Shown here: positions 20,406-30,845 of the stretch, one piece after another
How the letters are laid out: the number at the start of each line of letters is the position of its first letter
Position numbering within the stretch: the stretch's first letter is position 1
Origin: Longimicrobiales bacterium
Lineage (GTDB): Bacteria; Gemmatimonadota; Gemmatimonadetes; Longimicrobiales; Gaopeijiaceae
Reading direction: 5' to 3'
Assembly: GCA_965116905.1 (NCBI GenBank)
Contig: OZ220732.1
Coordinates: 3,136,001 to 3,200,000, forward strand
DNA length: 64,000 nucleotides
Made by a program: the position numbers and the translations under genes
The notes under the pieces: model-generated
The model's database searches: none
Seen by the model: the letters and a program-made list of their open reading frames with translations, nothing else
Told to the model about the DNA's origin: nothing

Positions 20406-21257
20406 CTAGTCGGAGAAGGACTCCAGCGCCCGCCTTCGGGAAGCGTGGCGGAGGTGATCCAGGGCCTTCTCCTTGATCTGGCGCACGCGTTCGCGCGTCA
20501 CCCCGAGCAGCTCTCCGATCTCTTCCAGGGACCTGGGCTCCTCGCCGCCGAGGCCGAAGTACAGCCGCAGGACCCTCGCCTCGCGCTCGGCCAGGGTTGC
20601 CAGGGTATCCGAAAGCGCCTCGGTCAGCAGCTTTTCGTACGTCTCCTCGTCGGGCCCCTGCGACACCCGGTCGGGAAGGTAGTCGATCAGGCGGCCATCC
20701 TCGCCGGGTACGAAGGGCGCGTCCAGTGAAACGGGCGAACGGGACAGCGTGAGGGCCTGTTCCACTTCGGCCTCGGTCAGTCCCAGGCCCCGCGCGATCT
20801 CGATCGCATTGGGTTCGCGGCCCAGCTCCTGAAGGCGCGCCGCCCGATATTTCGCGATTCGGTGCAGTGTCGCCACCCGGTTCAGCGGAACGCGCACGAT
20901 GCGGCTTTGCTCCGCGAGGGCCTGCAGGATGGACTGTCGTATCCACCAGACGGCATAGCTGATGAACTTGACGCCCCTGGTCTCGTCGAATTTGTGGGCC
21001 GCCCGGATCAATCCCAGGTTTCCTTCGCTGATCAGGTCGTGCAGCGGCACGCCCTGGTTCTGGTACTTCTTCGAAACGGACACCACGAACCGCAGGTTTG
21101 CGCGCACGAGCTTGACGAGGGCCTCCTCCTCGCCCCGCCTGATCCCCTGTGCGAGCCGGGCTTCCTCCTCCTGATCAATCAGCGGATACCGGCTGATCTC
21201 CTGCAGGTACAGGTCCAGGGAATCGTCGAACGGTTGGGATCGGCCGGTCAGGCTCAT
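20406..21257 (-). CDS. RpoD/SigA-family sigma factor lacking region 1.1
   Basis: LDLYLQEI, NLRFVVSV, DLISEGNLGL, KFISYAVWWIRQSI, TRERVRQI; alternative start 21299. Confidence 0.93.
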   Translation of the reverse strand: MSLTGRSQPFDDSLDLYLQEISRYPLIDQEEEARLAQGIRRGEEEALVKLVRANLRFVVSVSKKYQNQGVPLHDLISEGNLGLIRAAHKFDETRGVKFISYAVWWIRQSILQALAEQSRIVRVPLNRVATLHRIAKYRAARLQELGREPNAIEIARGLGLTEAEVEQALTLSRSPVSLDAPFVPGEDGRLIDYLPDRVSQGPDEETYEKLLTEALSDTLATLAEREARVLRLYFGLGGEEPRSLEEIGELLGVTRERVRQIKEKALDHLRHASRRRALESFSD

Positions 21258-21413
21258 GAGTCGTCTCTGGCTCGGGGACCACGGAACTCCGGTGAACATC
21301 CGGCCGCCATGGCCCGCTGCTGGTCAATGCCTTCAGGAAGGGTCGGTTCCGGGGTGCCACGCAATGTGAGACCCCGACCGCAAGTCCGAAAGGCCCGGGT
21401 CAGGCAGCGCTCG

Positions 21414-22772
21414 CTAGCCACGCTGCAGACCATGTCTCTCAATCTTCTTGTAGAGGTTCGAGCGCGGCATCCCCATCCGGCGGGCGGCCTCCGAGACATT
21501 CCATTCGTGATCCCTCAGCTTCCCGGCGATGAAGGCCTTTTCGGCCGCGTCCTTGAATTCGCTGAGCGTCTCCAGCGCCATCATGTCTCCGGGGACGCCG
21601 GGCTCCGCGTCGTCGGGCCTCACCAGGGCGTCCACATCCGCGCGTTCCACCGAATCGCCCCCGCTCAGGATCATGAGACGCGCCACCGCGTTCTTCAGCT
21701 GGCGAACGTTGCCGGTCCAGTCCGAATCGACCAGCGCCTCCAGCGCACCCTCGGTGAACTGCTTGTACGGCACTCCGTAGCTTCCGGGAACGAGATCCGC
21801 GAAGTGCGCCACAAGCATGGGTATGTCCTCGCGGCGTTCCCGCAGGGGCGGGACCCGAATCGTCACCATGTTGAGGCGGTGCAGGAGGTCCTCCCTGAAG
21901 TCCCCCTTCTCGATCTGGTCGTAGAGATCCTTGTTGGTCGCGGCGATCACGCGAACGTCGACGGACGCGGGACGCGCTCCTCCAACCGGCGTGATGTCAC
22001 CACCCTGCAGGGCCCGGAGCACCTTGGCCTGGGCCGCGAGGGACATGTCCCCCACCTCATCGAGGAAGAGCGTCCCGCGGTGGGCCTGCTCGAACTTGCC
22101 GACCCGGTCCGCCACCGCCCCGGTGAACGACCCCTTTACATGGCCGAATAGTTCCGATTCGATCAGCTCCGAGGGGATGGCCGCGCAGTTCACCTCGACG
22201 AACCGCCGTTTCACGCGCGCCGAGCGGCGGTGCAGCGCCTTGGCGGTCAGTTCCTTGCCGGTCCCGTTTTCGCCCGTGATCAGGACGGGCGCATCCGTGG
22301 CGCCGACCTTCTCGATGTCGCGCAGGATCTGCCGAATGGCCGGCGATGCACCCACGATGCCGTGGTGGATCTCGATCTCGCTCGTCAGGCGCTCCACGCT
22401 GTCGGACAGTCCCCGGACCATGAGCGCGTTGCGCAAGGTCACCAGCAGCCGGGTGGTGTCGAGGGGTTTCTCAAGGAAGTCGAAGGCCCCCTTGCGCGTC
22501 GCCTCGACGGCGGTGCCGATGGTCCCGTGCCCCGACACCATGACCACCACGGCGCCCGAGTCGGCCTCCCGAATCCGTTCAAGGACCTCCAGCCCGTCCA
22601 TCTTGGGCATCTTCACGTCGAGGAAGACGACGTCGGGCCGAAAATCCGGGTAGTCGATCAGCCCGCTCGGGCCATTGGGCGACAGGTGCACCCGGTGTCC
22701 CTCGTACTCGAACAGCTGCTTCAGCGCGACGCCGACCGACTCTTCGTCGTCTATGATGAGAATCCTGGCCAT
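21414..22772 (-). CDS. Sigma54-dependent response regulator (NtrX/NtrC family)
   Basis: REC (IIDD, LDVKMP), GENGTGKE, ESELFGH.KGSFTGA, Fis HTH. Confidence 0.94.
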   Translation of the reverse strand: MARILIIDDEESVGVALKQLFEYEGHRVHLSPNGPSGLIDYPDFRPDVVFLDVKMPKMDGLEVLERIREADSGAVVVMVSGHGTIGTAVEATRKGAFDFLEKPLDTTRLLVTLRNALMVRGLSDSVERLTSEIEIHHGIVGASPAIRQILRDIEKVGATDAPVLITGENGTGKELTAKALHRRSARVKRRFVEVNCAAIPSELIESELFGHVKGSFTGAVADRVGKFEQAHRGTLFLDEVGDMSLAAQAKVLRALQGGDITPVGGARPASVDVRVIAATNKDLYDQIEKGDFREDLLHRLNMVTIRVPPLRERREDIPMLVAHFADLVPGSYGVPYKQFTEGALEALVDSDWTGNVRQLKNAVARLMILSGGDSVERADVDALVRPDDAEPGVPGDMMALETLSEFKDAAEKAFIAGKLRDHEWNVSEAARRMGMPRSNLYKKIERHGLQRG

Positions 22773-22802
22773 GGCTTCGACTCCAGGTTGTCTCCCGGCC
22801 CG

Positions 22803-23408
22803 CTAGTTGCGGACCGGCACGGTCATGGTGCTCCGGGTCTTCGTCCCGCCGAGTGTTACCCCGTGAACGTTGGCGTACCGGGGCCCGTCGGGGAACAGCG
22901 TGCTCTGAACGATGTGGACGGCATCGATGTCGAACCATTGGGCTCCGGTGGACAACTCACCCTGACAGGATCCGCTCCGCCTGCGCCACCCGGGAGTACC
23001 ACCGCGCATGGTCCTTCCAACCGTAAGATGCGGCTTGAACACCCGGCGCTCCGCGGCGATGCCCTCCTGGGCGAGTGCGCGATCCAGGAGGTTGCGCATG
23101 CGCACCAGCGGATCCGCCTGCAGTCCTACCCAGTAGACGCGCGGGACGCCTCTCCGGGGGAATGTTCCGTTGCCAGTCAGGCAGGCCCGAAAAGCGGGTT
23201 CCGGCGACAGCGCCTCCGCGGCGCGCACCAGTCGGGGGAACAGCGCGGCAGCGACGTCGCCCATGAAGCGCAGCGTGACATGGTAGCGGCGGGGCGGTAT
23301 CCAGCGGACACCGGTGGTGGCGTCGCGCAGCGGTGCCAGCGAGTCCCACAGGCGCTCCCGCACCTCCTCCGGGGGCCACACGGCGAAGAAGAGTCTCCGG
23401 GTCTTCAA
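22803..23408 (-). CDS. thpR: RNA 2',3'-cyclic phosphodiesterase
   Basis: RLFFA start, two HxT motifs (YHVTL, PHLTV); TTG start overlapping upstream stop. Confidence 0.9.
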   Translation of the reverse strand: MKTRRLFFAVWPPEEVRERLWDSLAPLRDATTGVRWIPPRRYHVTLRFMGDVAAALFPRLVRAAEALSPEPAFRACLTGNGTFPRRGVPRVYWVGLQADPLVRMRNLLDRALAQEGIAAERRVFKPHLTVGRTMRGGTPGWRRRSGSCQGELSTGAQWFDIDAVHIVQSTLFPDGPRYANVHGVTLGGTKTRSTMTVPVRN

Positions 23409-24571
23409 GGGACCTGCACGGCCACCGGCTTCACGATTGCGTCCACTGCGGTGACCGCGGCCTCGACGTCCTCGCCGGTGGACGCCCACCCCAGCGAAAA
23501 CCGCACGGCTCCATCGCCGGAGGTGCCCAGAATCCTGTGAACCTCCGGTGCGCAGTGCAGCCCCGCCCTCGTCTGCACCCGGTGTTCCCTGTCCAGCCGT
23601 CCGGCCAGCGTCGCCGCGTCCATCGAATCCGCCTTGACCGTCACGACGGGCACGCCATGCGGTGCCGGGGGCGACAGCACCGTCAGGCCCGGAATCCGGG
23701 ACAGGCCGTCGAACAGCCTGGCCTTCAGGGTCATCTCACGGGCATGCACCGCCTCGGTGCCGGTCTCCGCGAGGAACCTGCAGGCCGCCAGGAGCCCCGC
23801 AATCCCGGGCGAGTTCCCCGTCCCCGCCTCCAGCCGGTCCGGCATGGCGCTCGGCATGCGGCGGCGACGCGAGTCCCCACCCGTGCCGCCGCAAAGCAGC
23901 GACCGGCACTCCAGGCCTTCCCTCACCCACAACCCGCCCGTGCCCTGCGGACCCAGGAGCCCCTTGTGTCCCGTGAAGGCGATCACGTCCGCCGCAGGGT
24001 CGGAGGGGGGCGGAAGGTGGCCGGCCGACTGCGCCGCATCGGCAACGACGACCGCTCCGGCGTCGCGGGCGGCCGCAGCCAGGGCCTCGACCGGCAACCG
24101 GGTCCCGAGCACATTCGACGCGACATTGACCACCAGCACCCGTGCTCCGTCCAGGAGCCCGACCGCCTCATCCATGTCGACGCCGCCGTCGGGACTGCCC
24201 GACAGCATTCGAACCTCGACGCCCATCGAGGTCGCGAGGAAGTGCGCGGGCCGAAACACGGCGTTGTGATCGTACTGAGAGATGACCAGCACGTCGCCCT
24301 CGCCCAGCAGGCCCCACAGAGCCGTGTTCAGGGCGTGCGTCGCGTTGTGCATGAAGGCGATACGCCCGGGATCGCCGGGCAACCCCAGCATCCGGGCGAG
24401 TGCGCGGCGGCAGCGAAAGGCGATCCGCGCCGCCTCCGTGGCGCCGGAATGTCCGCCTCGTCCGGGGGTGCAGCCGTTCCCGCGCAGAAAGTCCGCGACC
24501 GCTGCCGTGACCTCGGGCGGACGCACCGCCGAAGTGGCGGCATAGTCCATGTAGTGAATCATGCCGTGCAT
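23405..24571 (-). CDS. Class V aminotransferase / cysteine desulfurase-like PLP enzyme
   Basis: YMDYAATS, NATHALN, DAAQSAG, FTGHKGLLGPQGTG, RAGLHCAP. Confidence 0.9.
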   Translation of the reverse strand: MHGMIHYMDYAATSAVRPPEVTAAVADFLRGNGCTPGRGGHSGATEAARIAFRCRRALARMLGLPGDPGRIAFMHNATHALNTALWGLLGEGDVLVISQYDHNAVFRPAHFLATSMGVEVRMLSGSPDGGVDMDEAVGLLDGARVLVVNVASNVLGTRLPVEALAAAARDAGAVVVADAAQSAGHLPPPSDPAADVIAFTGHKGLLGPQGTGGLWVREGLECRSLLCGGTGGDSRRRRMPSAMPDRLEAGTGNSPGIAGLLAACRFLAETGTEAVHAREMTLKARLFDGLSRIPGLTVLSPPAPHGVPVVTVKADSMDAATLAGRLDREHRVQTRAGLHCAPEVHRILGTSGDGAVRFSLGWASTGEDVEAAVTAVDAIVKPVAVQVP

Positions 24572-24705
24572 CCCTGAGGAATCGCTACGATGGCAGGCTA
24601 ATGCCTGCACTCGCACCCGAACAAGGTATGCCCGGAAAGCGACCTCCGTCGCTGCCTTCCGCAACGCGCCCCTCGGGACGTTTGGCAACGGCCGCGACAC
24701 GCCTG

Positions 24706-26235
24706 TCAGGTGCCGCGTCCGGCGGGCGTTCCGTGCAGCCCCGACCGCAGACGGAGCGCCTCCGCGACCTGCGGGCTATCGATGCGATCCATTCCTCCGA
24801 GATCCGCGATCGTGCGCGCGACGCGCAGTGTACGATGCACGGCCCGTGCGGACAGCTGATAGGCCTCCGCGCCCTCCTCCAGGAGCGCCGCCCCGGCGTC
24901 CGACAGCTCGCAGAATCTCATGACGTCACGCGCGTGCATCGTCGCGTTGCAGGCGAGGCGATCGCCGTGGCGCGCGGCCTGACGCGCCCGGGCCTCGAGG
25001 ACATGCTCCCGGGCTGCGGCCGTCCCCGTGGCCGGGACGCCGTCGCCACCCGTGAGTTCCCTCCACGTGACCGGATGCATCCGCACCTGCAGGTCGATTC
25101 GGTCCAGCAGAGGACCCGAAAGGCGCGACCGATAGCGCGCAACGTCCCGGTCCGCGCATATGCAGTCCTCGCCCTCCAGCCCGCACGGGCACGGATTCAT
25201 GGCCGCCACCAGCTGGAATCGCGCCGGAAACGTGACCGTGTGACGAACCCGGGCAATGCGGACCAGGCCGGACTCGATCGGTTGCCGCAGGGTTTCAAGG
25301 ACGCGCCGGCTGAATTCCGGCAGTTCATCGAGGAACAGCACCCCCAGGTGCGCCAGACTGATTTCGCCGGGGCGCGGGGGAACGCCTCCTCCTATGATGC
25401 CTCCCGCCGAGATCGTGTGATGCGGTGCGCGAAAGGGACGCCGGGTCTTCACCGGCCGGTCACTGTCCAGGAGTCCGGCAACCGAGTGAACCCTCGTCAC
25501 CTCGAGCGACTCGGACTCCAGCAACGGCGGAAGCAGTCCAGCAAGCCGCCTTGCGAGCATCGTCTTCCCCGCACCCGGCGGACCCGCCATGAGGAGACTG
25601 TGTCCGCCCGCAGCCGCGATCACCAGCGCCCGCTTCGCCAGATGCTGACCGCGGACATCCTCCAGGTCGGGCAGGTCCGGAGGGGGTTCGACGGGCTCCA
25701 CCGGAATCGGCAGCGGATCCCGTTCACCCCGGAGAATCCCAACGGTCTCCTCCAGGGACGACACCGGCACCACGTCCACACCCGGAACCGCAGATGCCTC
25801 ACGGGCGTTGGCCGCTGGCACGAAAAGGCGGCTCGTACCATGGGACCGGCAGCTCATGGCCAGCGCGATCGCGCCACGCACGGGGCGCACCGATCCGTCG
25901 AGCCCCAACTCGCCGACGAAGGCATCATCCGCAATCGCGTCCATCGGCACATGTTCCTCCGCCGCCAGCAGCGCCACTGCGATCGGGAGGTCGAACCCCG
26001 AGCCCGACTTCGGCAGATCCGCGGGCGCCAGGTTGACCGTCACCCGCCGGGGAGGCGAGGACAATTCATCGGTCTGCGCGATCGCGGCGAAGACCCGCTC
26101 CTTCCCCTCACGGACCGCCCCCGCCGGCAGACCGACGACAGTGAAGAGCGGCAGTCCGTTCCCGACCTTCACCTCAACACTGACCGGCTGTCCCTCGACG
26201 CCGTTTACCCAAAAGGAATGAACGATTGCCAGCAT
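24706..26235 (-). CDS. comM: YifB/ComM Mg-chelatase-like AAA+ ATPase
   Basis: VGLP..AVRE, VNLAPADLPKSG..FDLPIA, GPPGAGKT, RAPHHT, FLDELPEF, SGPLLDRID. Confidence 0.93.
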   Translation of the reverse strand: MLAIVHSFWVNGVEGQPVSVEVKVGNGLPLFTVVGLPAGAVREGKERVFAAIAQTDELSSPPRRVTVNLAPADLPKSGSGFDLPIAVALLAAEEHVPMDAIADDAFVGELGLDGSVRPVRGAIALAMSCRSHGTSRLFVPAANAREASAVPGVDVVPVSSLEETVGILRGERDPLPIPVEPVEPPPDLPDLEDVRGQHLAKRALVIAAAGGHSLLMAGPPGAGKTMLARRLAGLLPPLLESESLEVTRVHSVAGLLDSDRPVKTRRPFRAPHHTISAGGIIGGGVPPRPGEISLAHLGVLFLDELPEFSRRVLETLRQPIESGLVRIARVRHTVTFPARFQLVAAMNPCPCGLEGEDCICADRDVARYRSRLSGPLLDRIDLQVRMHPVTWRELTGGDGVPATGTAAAREHVLEARARQAARHGDRLACNATMHARDVMRFCELSDAGAALLEEGAEAYQLSARAVHRTLRVARTIADLGGMDRIDSPQVAEALRLRSGLHGTPAGRGT

Positions 26236-26469
26236 GGTTCCTCCACCTCCGTTCGCGCGGTCCCGGCACGAGCCCCGGCCGGGCCGCATGGAGGGTATAC
26301 CCCAAACGGGGGCGCTGGCATGGCTGAATCGGCCACCTGGAGCGGGTCTTCGCCGCCGGGTCTTCGACGCCGCCCTGCGGAATATCGGTGCCGGTCCGGG
26401 GACGGGGGTCTGGCGAAACGCCCTCCGAGAGTGCAAGTTGGTCGGGTTTTTGACCGGGAGAATACACTG

Positions 26470-27606
26470 ATGACAATCGCTATCCTGGCCGAGAGCCGAC
26501 CGGGTGAACGCCGGGTCGCCCTTGTGCCCGATGTCTCGCGACAGTACCGGAAGCGGGGCTGGAACCTTCGCATCCAGGCCGGAGCAGGAATCGGCGCCTC
26601 CTTCCCGGACGCGGACTACTCCGAGGCCGAGATTACGGTGGCGCCGGACCGTGATGCACTGCTCGACGGCGCGCGCACGGTGCTCAAGGTGCAGCCTCCT
26701 TCCCCGGACGAGGCGGCCGCCCTGCCCTCGGGGTCCGTGCTGGTTTGCCACCTGAACCCGCTGGATCCGACCGACGCCATCGAGGCGCTGGCGGACCGGG
26801 GCGTGACCTCGTTTGCGGTCGAACTGATCCCGAGGATCACGCGGGCGCAGAAGATGGACGTCCTCTCCTCACAGGCGACCGTGGCGGGCTACAAGGCGGT
26901 CCTCATGGGGGCGGACGCCATGACGCGGTTCCTTCCCATGCTGACGACCGCGGCCGGCACCGTCCGTCCCGCAAAGGCGCTGATTCTCGGGGCGGGGGTC
27001 GCCGGACTTCAGGCAATCGCCACCGCGCGCCGCCTGGGAGCGGTGGTCTCCGCGTTCGACATCCGGCCCGCGGTCAAGGAGCAGGTGCAGAGCCTCGGCG
27101 CGAAGTTCCTCGAGGCAGCGCTGGACGACGCGGCGGAGGACGAGGGGGGCTACGCCCGGGCGCTTTCCGAGGAACAGCACGAGCGCGAACTGGAATTGAT
27201 CGCAGCCAACATCAAGGACCAGGACCTGGTGATCACGACCGCGCAGATTCCGGGCAAGCCGGCCCCCGTCCTGATCACCGAGGAGATGGTCGCGACCATG
27301 CGGCCCGGCAGCGCCATCGTCGACCTCGCCTCCGAGTCGGGCGGCAACTGCGAAGTCACGGTCGCGGGCCGCTCCGTGGACCACGGGGGCGTGACGGTGA
27401 TGGGACCGACGAACCTGCCGGCCGAACTGCCCTTCCACGCCAGCCAGATGTACTCCCGCAACCTGGCCAGCTTCGTGGACGATCTGTTCGACGACGAAGG
27501 GGAGATCGATTTCAACGACGAGATCACGGCCGCCACCTGCGTCACTCACGGCGGCGAAATCAGAAACGAACGCGTCAGGGAGCAGCTGGCGTCCGCAACG
27601 GAGTAG
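26470..27606 (+). CDS. pntA: NAD(P) transhydrogenase alpha subunit, part 1 (dI)
   Basis: ERRVALVP, IPRITRAQKMDVLSSQ, GAGVAGLQA, TAQIPGKPAP, GGNC. Confidence 0.96.
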   Translation: MTIAILAESRPGERRVALVPDVSRQYRKRGWNLRIQAGAGIGASFPDADYSEAEITVAPDRDALLDGARTVLKVQPPSPDEAAALPSGSVLVCHLNPLDPTDAIEALADRGVTSFAVELIPRITRAQKMDVLSSQATVAGYKAVLMGADAMTRFLPMLTTAAGTVRPAKALILGAGVAGLQAIATARRLGAVVSAFDIRPAVKEQVQSLGAKFLEAALDDAAEDEGGYARALSEEQHERELELIAANIKDQDLVITTAQIPGKPAPVLITEEMVATMRPGSAIVDLASESGGNCEVTVAGRSVDHGGVTVMGPTNLPAELPFHASQMYSRNLASFVDDLFDDEGEIDFNDEITAATCVTHGGEIRNERVREQLASATE

Positions 27607-27613
27607 CGAATCC

Positions 27614-27892
27614 ATGGGTGAACTGCTGATCCTGCTGTACATCTTCGTACTCGCCACCCTTGCCGGGAAGGAAGTGATCTCCAAGGTCCCACCGACCCTG
27701 CACACGCCGCTGATGTCCGGCGCGAACGCCATCTCGGGCATTGCCATCATCGGCGCGCTGGTGGTCACCGGCGCCGCTGAGGAACCGTGGGTCAAGGTGC
27801 TCGGAATCGCGGGAATCGTGATGGCGACGATCAACGTGGTCGGCGGCTTCATGGTGACCGACCGCATGTTGCAGATGTTCCGGAAACGCTGA
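27614..27892 (+). CDS. NAD(P) transhydrogenase alpha subunit, part 2
   Basis: VPPTLHTPLMSGANAISG, NVVGGF.VTDRML.MF. Confidence 0.96.
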   Translation: MGELLILLYIFVLATLAGKEVISKVPPTLHTPLMSGANAISGIAIIGALVVTGAAEEPWVKVLGIAGIVMATINVVGGFMVTDRMLQMFRKR

Positions 27893-27899
27893 GGTTAAC

Positions 27900-29321
27900 G
27901 TGGAATCCAACACCATCACCCAGATCGCCTACCTGATCTCGGCGGTCCTGTTCGTCTCCGGGATCAAGCAACTCTCTTCTCCGGCCACAGCCCGCTCCGG
28001 GAACGCCCGGGCATCGCTGGCCATGCTCCTGGCCATCGTCGTCACGCTCCTGGACCACGAAATCCTCGATTGGACGACGGTGGTGGCCGCGGTCGTGGCC
28101 GGCGCCGCGATCGGCGGCATTCTGGCCAGGTACATACAGATGACCGCCATGCCGCAGCTGGTCGCCGTCTTCAACGGCTTCGGGGGCGGCGCGTCGGCGG
28201 CCGTCGCGGCTGCCGAATTCCTGCGGGCGGGCGGAAGCGGCCCGTCGCTCGAACTCGGCGTCGGCGTCACGATCGTGCTCGGCACGCTGATTGGCGCCGT
28301 CACGTTCTCGGGCAGCCTCATCGCCTTCGGCAAGCTGCAGGGCGTCGTGACCGGAAGTCCGGTGACCTTCCCTCTCCAGAAGACCTTCAACGCCATCCTT
28401 TTCCTCGGCGTCCTGCTGATCGGCGCCAGCCTCGCGCACGCCGGCAGCGTCGCCCCGGTGTTCGGCATGGGCGCGCTGGAGATCAGCGGTCCGTTCTTCC
28501 TGGCGCTCGTGGTCGGCGCGCTGATCCTCGGCGTCCTGCTGGTTATCCCGATCGGCGGTGCGGACATGCCGGTCGTGGTATCCCTGCTCAACTCCTACTC
28601 GGGAATCGCGGCGGCGACCACCGGATTCGTGCTGAACAACTACATCCTGATCATCGCGGGGTCGCTGGTCGGGGCGGCGGGCCTGATCCTGACACAGCTC
28701 ATGTGCAAGGCCATGAACCGCTCCCTGGGCAACGTGGCGTTCGGCGCGTTCGGCACCGAGGGACAGACGGCCAGGGTGAAGACCGGACAGCGCCCGGTAC
28801 GCGATGTCGACGCGGAGCAGGCCGCGATGGTGCTGGCATACGCCGGCTCGGTCGCTGTGGTGCCCGGCTACGGTCTGGCCGTCGCACAGGCCCAGCACGA
28901 GCTCAAGAAGGTCTGCGACCTGCTTGAGGATCGCGGCGTCACGGTGCGTTTCGGCGTACATCCGGTCGCGGGCCGAATGCCGGGGCACATGAACGTCCTG
29001 CTGGCCGAGGCGGACGTGTCGTACGACAAGCTTCTCGACCTGGACGACATCAACGCCGAGTTCGACTCGACGGATGTGGTGCTGATCGTGGGCGCCAACG
29101 ACGTTGTGAACCCGGCGGCCCGCGACCCGGACTCGGTCATCGCGGGTATGCCGATCCTGGACGTGGACAAGGCCCGCACCGTAATCGTGATGAAGCGCTC
29201 GCTGAGCCCGGGATTTGCCGGCATCGACAACGACCTCTTCTACATGGACAACACCCTGATGTTCTTCGGGGACGCCAAGGATCAGATGTCGGAGCTGGTG
29301 AAGGAGGTGCGCGAGGCCTAG
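27900..29321 (+). CDS. pntB: NAD(P) transhydrogenase beta subunit
   Basis: MTAMPQLVA, IGGADMPVV, VPGYGLAVAQAQ, HPVAGRMPGHMNVLLAEA, GANDVVNP. Confidence 0.97.
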   Translation: MESNTITQIAYLISAVLFVSGIKQLSSPATARSGNARASLAMLLAIVVTLLDHEILDWTTVVAAVVAGAAIGGILARYIQMTAMPQLVAVFNGFGGGASAAVAAAEFLRAGGSGPSLELGVGVTIVLGTLIGAVTFSGSLIAFGKLQGVVTGSPVTFPLQKTFNAILFLGVLLIGASLAHAGSVAPVFGMGALEISGPFFLALVVGALILGVLLVIPIGGADMPVVVSLLNSYSGIAAATTGFVLNNYILIIAGSLVGAAGLILTQLMCKAMNRSLGNVAFGAFGTEGQTARVKTGQRPVRDVDAEQAAMVLAYAGSVAVVPGYGLAVAQAQHELKKVCDLLEDRGVTVRFGVHPVAGRMPGHMNVLLAEADVSYDKLLDLDDINAEFDSTDVVLIVGANDVVNPAARDPDSVIAGMPILDVDKARTVIVMKRSLSPGFAGIDNDLFYMDNTLMFFGDAKDQMSELVKEVREA

Positions 29322-29388
29322 GAGATGGCCCAGGAGATCGTCGACGGACCCCTTTCGGCCGCGGCCTGGCGTGTGCGTGCCGCTGGCT

Positions 29389-30822
29389 TCAGCCCGCCAG
29401 CCCCCTGCCGGCTTCGCGGAGCGCGTTCCAGGTCGCGTCGACGTGCTCGGCCCGGGTGTGGATGTTGCCGATCGCGAAGCGCAGCCAGGTGTCGCCGTCG
29501 ATCTCGGTCTGTGCCAGAAAGGCGGTTCCGCTCCGATTGACCCGATCCATGACCGCGAGGTTGACGGCGTTGCGCCGTTCGCCGCGGACGCCCGGGGGCG
29601 CGTGCCGCAGCACCACCAGGGAAAACGGCGTCGGACGCCAGCGCTCCCAGTCCTCCTCGGCATCGATCTTCTCGGCGAGCCGCCTCGCCAGGGCGACGTG
29701 GCGCGCCAGGTGCGCGCGCAGGCCGCGCTGTCCGAAATAGCGCATGACGAACCACAGCTTGAGGGCGCGGAAGCGCCGGCCGAGTGCCAGGCCGTGATCC
29801 ATCAGGTGACTGACGCCGTGCTCGCCGGTCTCCAGGTACGCCGGCGTCAACGAGAAGGCGGCGCGCAGCGCGGCGGGGTCGCGGACGTACAGCACCGAGC
29901 AGTCGACCGGCGTAAACAGCCACTTGTGCGGGTTGATCACGATCGAGTCCGCCCGCTCCCAGCCCGCGAAGTGCGACTCCATGTCGGGCAGCGCGGCCGC
30001 AACGCCCGCGTACGCCGCGTCCACGTGCAGCCATATGCCGTACCGTGCCGCGACATCGGCGATCGCGCCGACCGGATCGACCGCGTTGATCGACGTGCTG
30101 CCGATCGTCGTCACCACGGCAATCGGGCGAAACCCTGACGTAACGTCATGGTCGACCGCACCCGCGAGGGCCGCCGGGTCCATCCCCCGCAGCGGACCGG
30201 TAGGGACGACGCGGACGCCCTCACGCCCCAGGCCCAGGGCGTGCACCGCCTTCAGCACCGACGAATGGGCCTCGGCCGTTGTGTACACACGCCCCGGAGG
30301 AGCCCCGGCCAGCCCCCGTTCCCGGGCCTCGGGCAGCAGCTTCTCCCGCGCGGCCGCCAGTGCCGAAAAGGTGGAGGTGGACGCGGTATCGTTGATCGTG
30401 CCGAGGAAACCGGGCGGCAACCCCAGGAAGGCGCGCAGCCAATCCAGCGTGACCTGTTCCAGCTCCGTAGCCGCAGGAGAACTCTTCCAGACCATCGCGT
30501 TGACGTTCAGCGCAGCCGCAAGCAACTCTCCCAGGATCCCCGGGCCCGATCCGGAAATCGCGAAATAGGCGAAGAACGAGGGGTGGTTCCAATGTGTGAT
30601 CCCGGGCACCACCGTCGACTCGAAGTCCCTGAGCAACGTCTCCATCGGCTCGCCATCGGGCGGCACCTCGCGCCCGAGCGCCTCGCGCACGTCACCTGGC
30701 CGCACCCGGGCAAGTACCGGGTACTCGCCGATCCCCTCGAGGTAGTCGGCAACCCAATCGATGAAGCGGTGGCCCGACTCCCGGAAATCGCCAGGAGGCA
30801 TCCCGCCCGGAGAGACAGCCAT
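29389..30822 (-). CDS. Group II PLP-dependent decarboxylase (aromatic-L-amino-acid decarboxylase-like)
   Basis: PGITHWNHPSFFAYF, SSPAATELE, WLHVDAAYAG, INPHKWLF, LGRRFRALKLWFV. Confidence 0.92.
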   Translation of the reverse strand: MAVSPGGMPPGDFRESGHRFIDWVADYLEGIGEYPVLARVRPGDVREALGREVPPDGEPMETLLRDFESTVVPGITHWNHPSFFAYFAISGSGPGILGELLAAALNVNAMVWKSSPAATELEQVTLDWLRAFLGLPPGFLGTINDTASTSTFSALAAAREKLLPEARERGLAGAPPGRVYTTAEAHSSVLKAVHALGLGREGVRVVPTGPLRGMDPAALAGAVDHDVTSGFRPIAVVTTIGSTSINAVDPVGAIADVAARYGIWLHVDAAYAGVAAALPDMESHFAGWERADSIVINPHKWLFTPVDCSVLYVRDPAALRAAFSLTPAYLETGEHGVSHLMDHGLALGRRFRALKLWFVMRYFGQRGLRAHLARHVALARRLAEKIDAEEDWERWRPTPFSLVVLRHAPPGVRGERRNAVNLAVMDRVNRSGTAFLAQTEIDGDTWLRFAIGNIHTRAEHVDATWNALREAGRGLAG

Positions 30823-30845
30823 TCGGGGTCGCTGCGGCCCGGGCG

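Noticed and set aside
24601..26469. 1001-aa ORF suggesting an N-terminally fused PntA
   Set aside because: The extension is the antisense shadow of comM; real start is ATG 26470 after a GGGAG RBS
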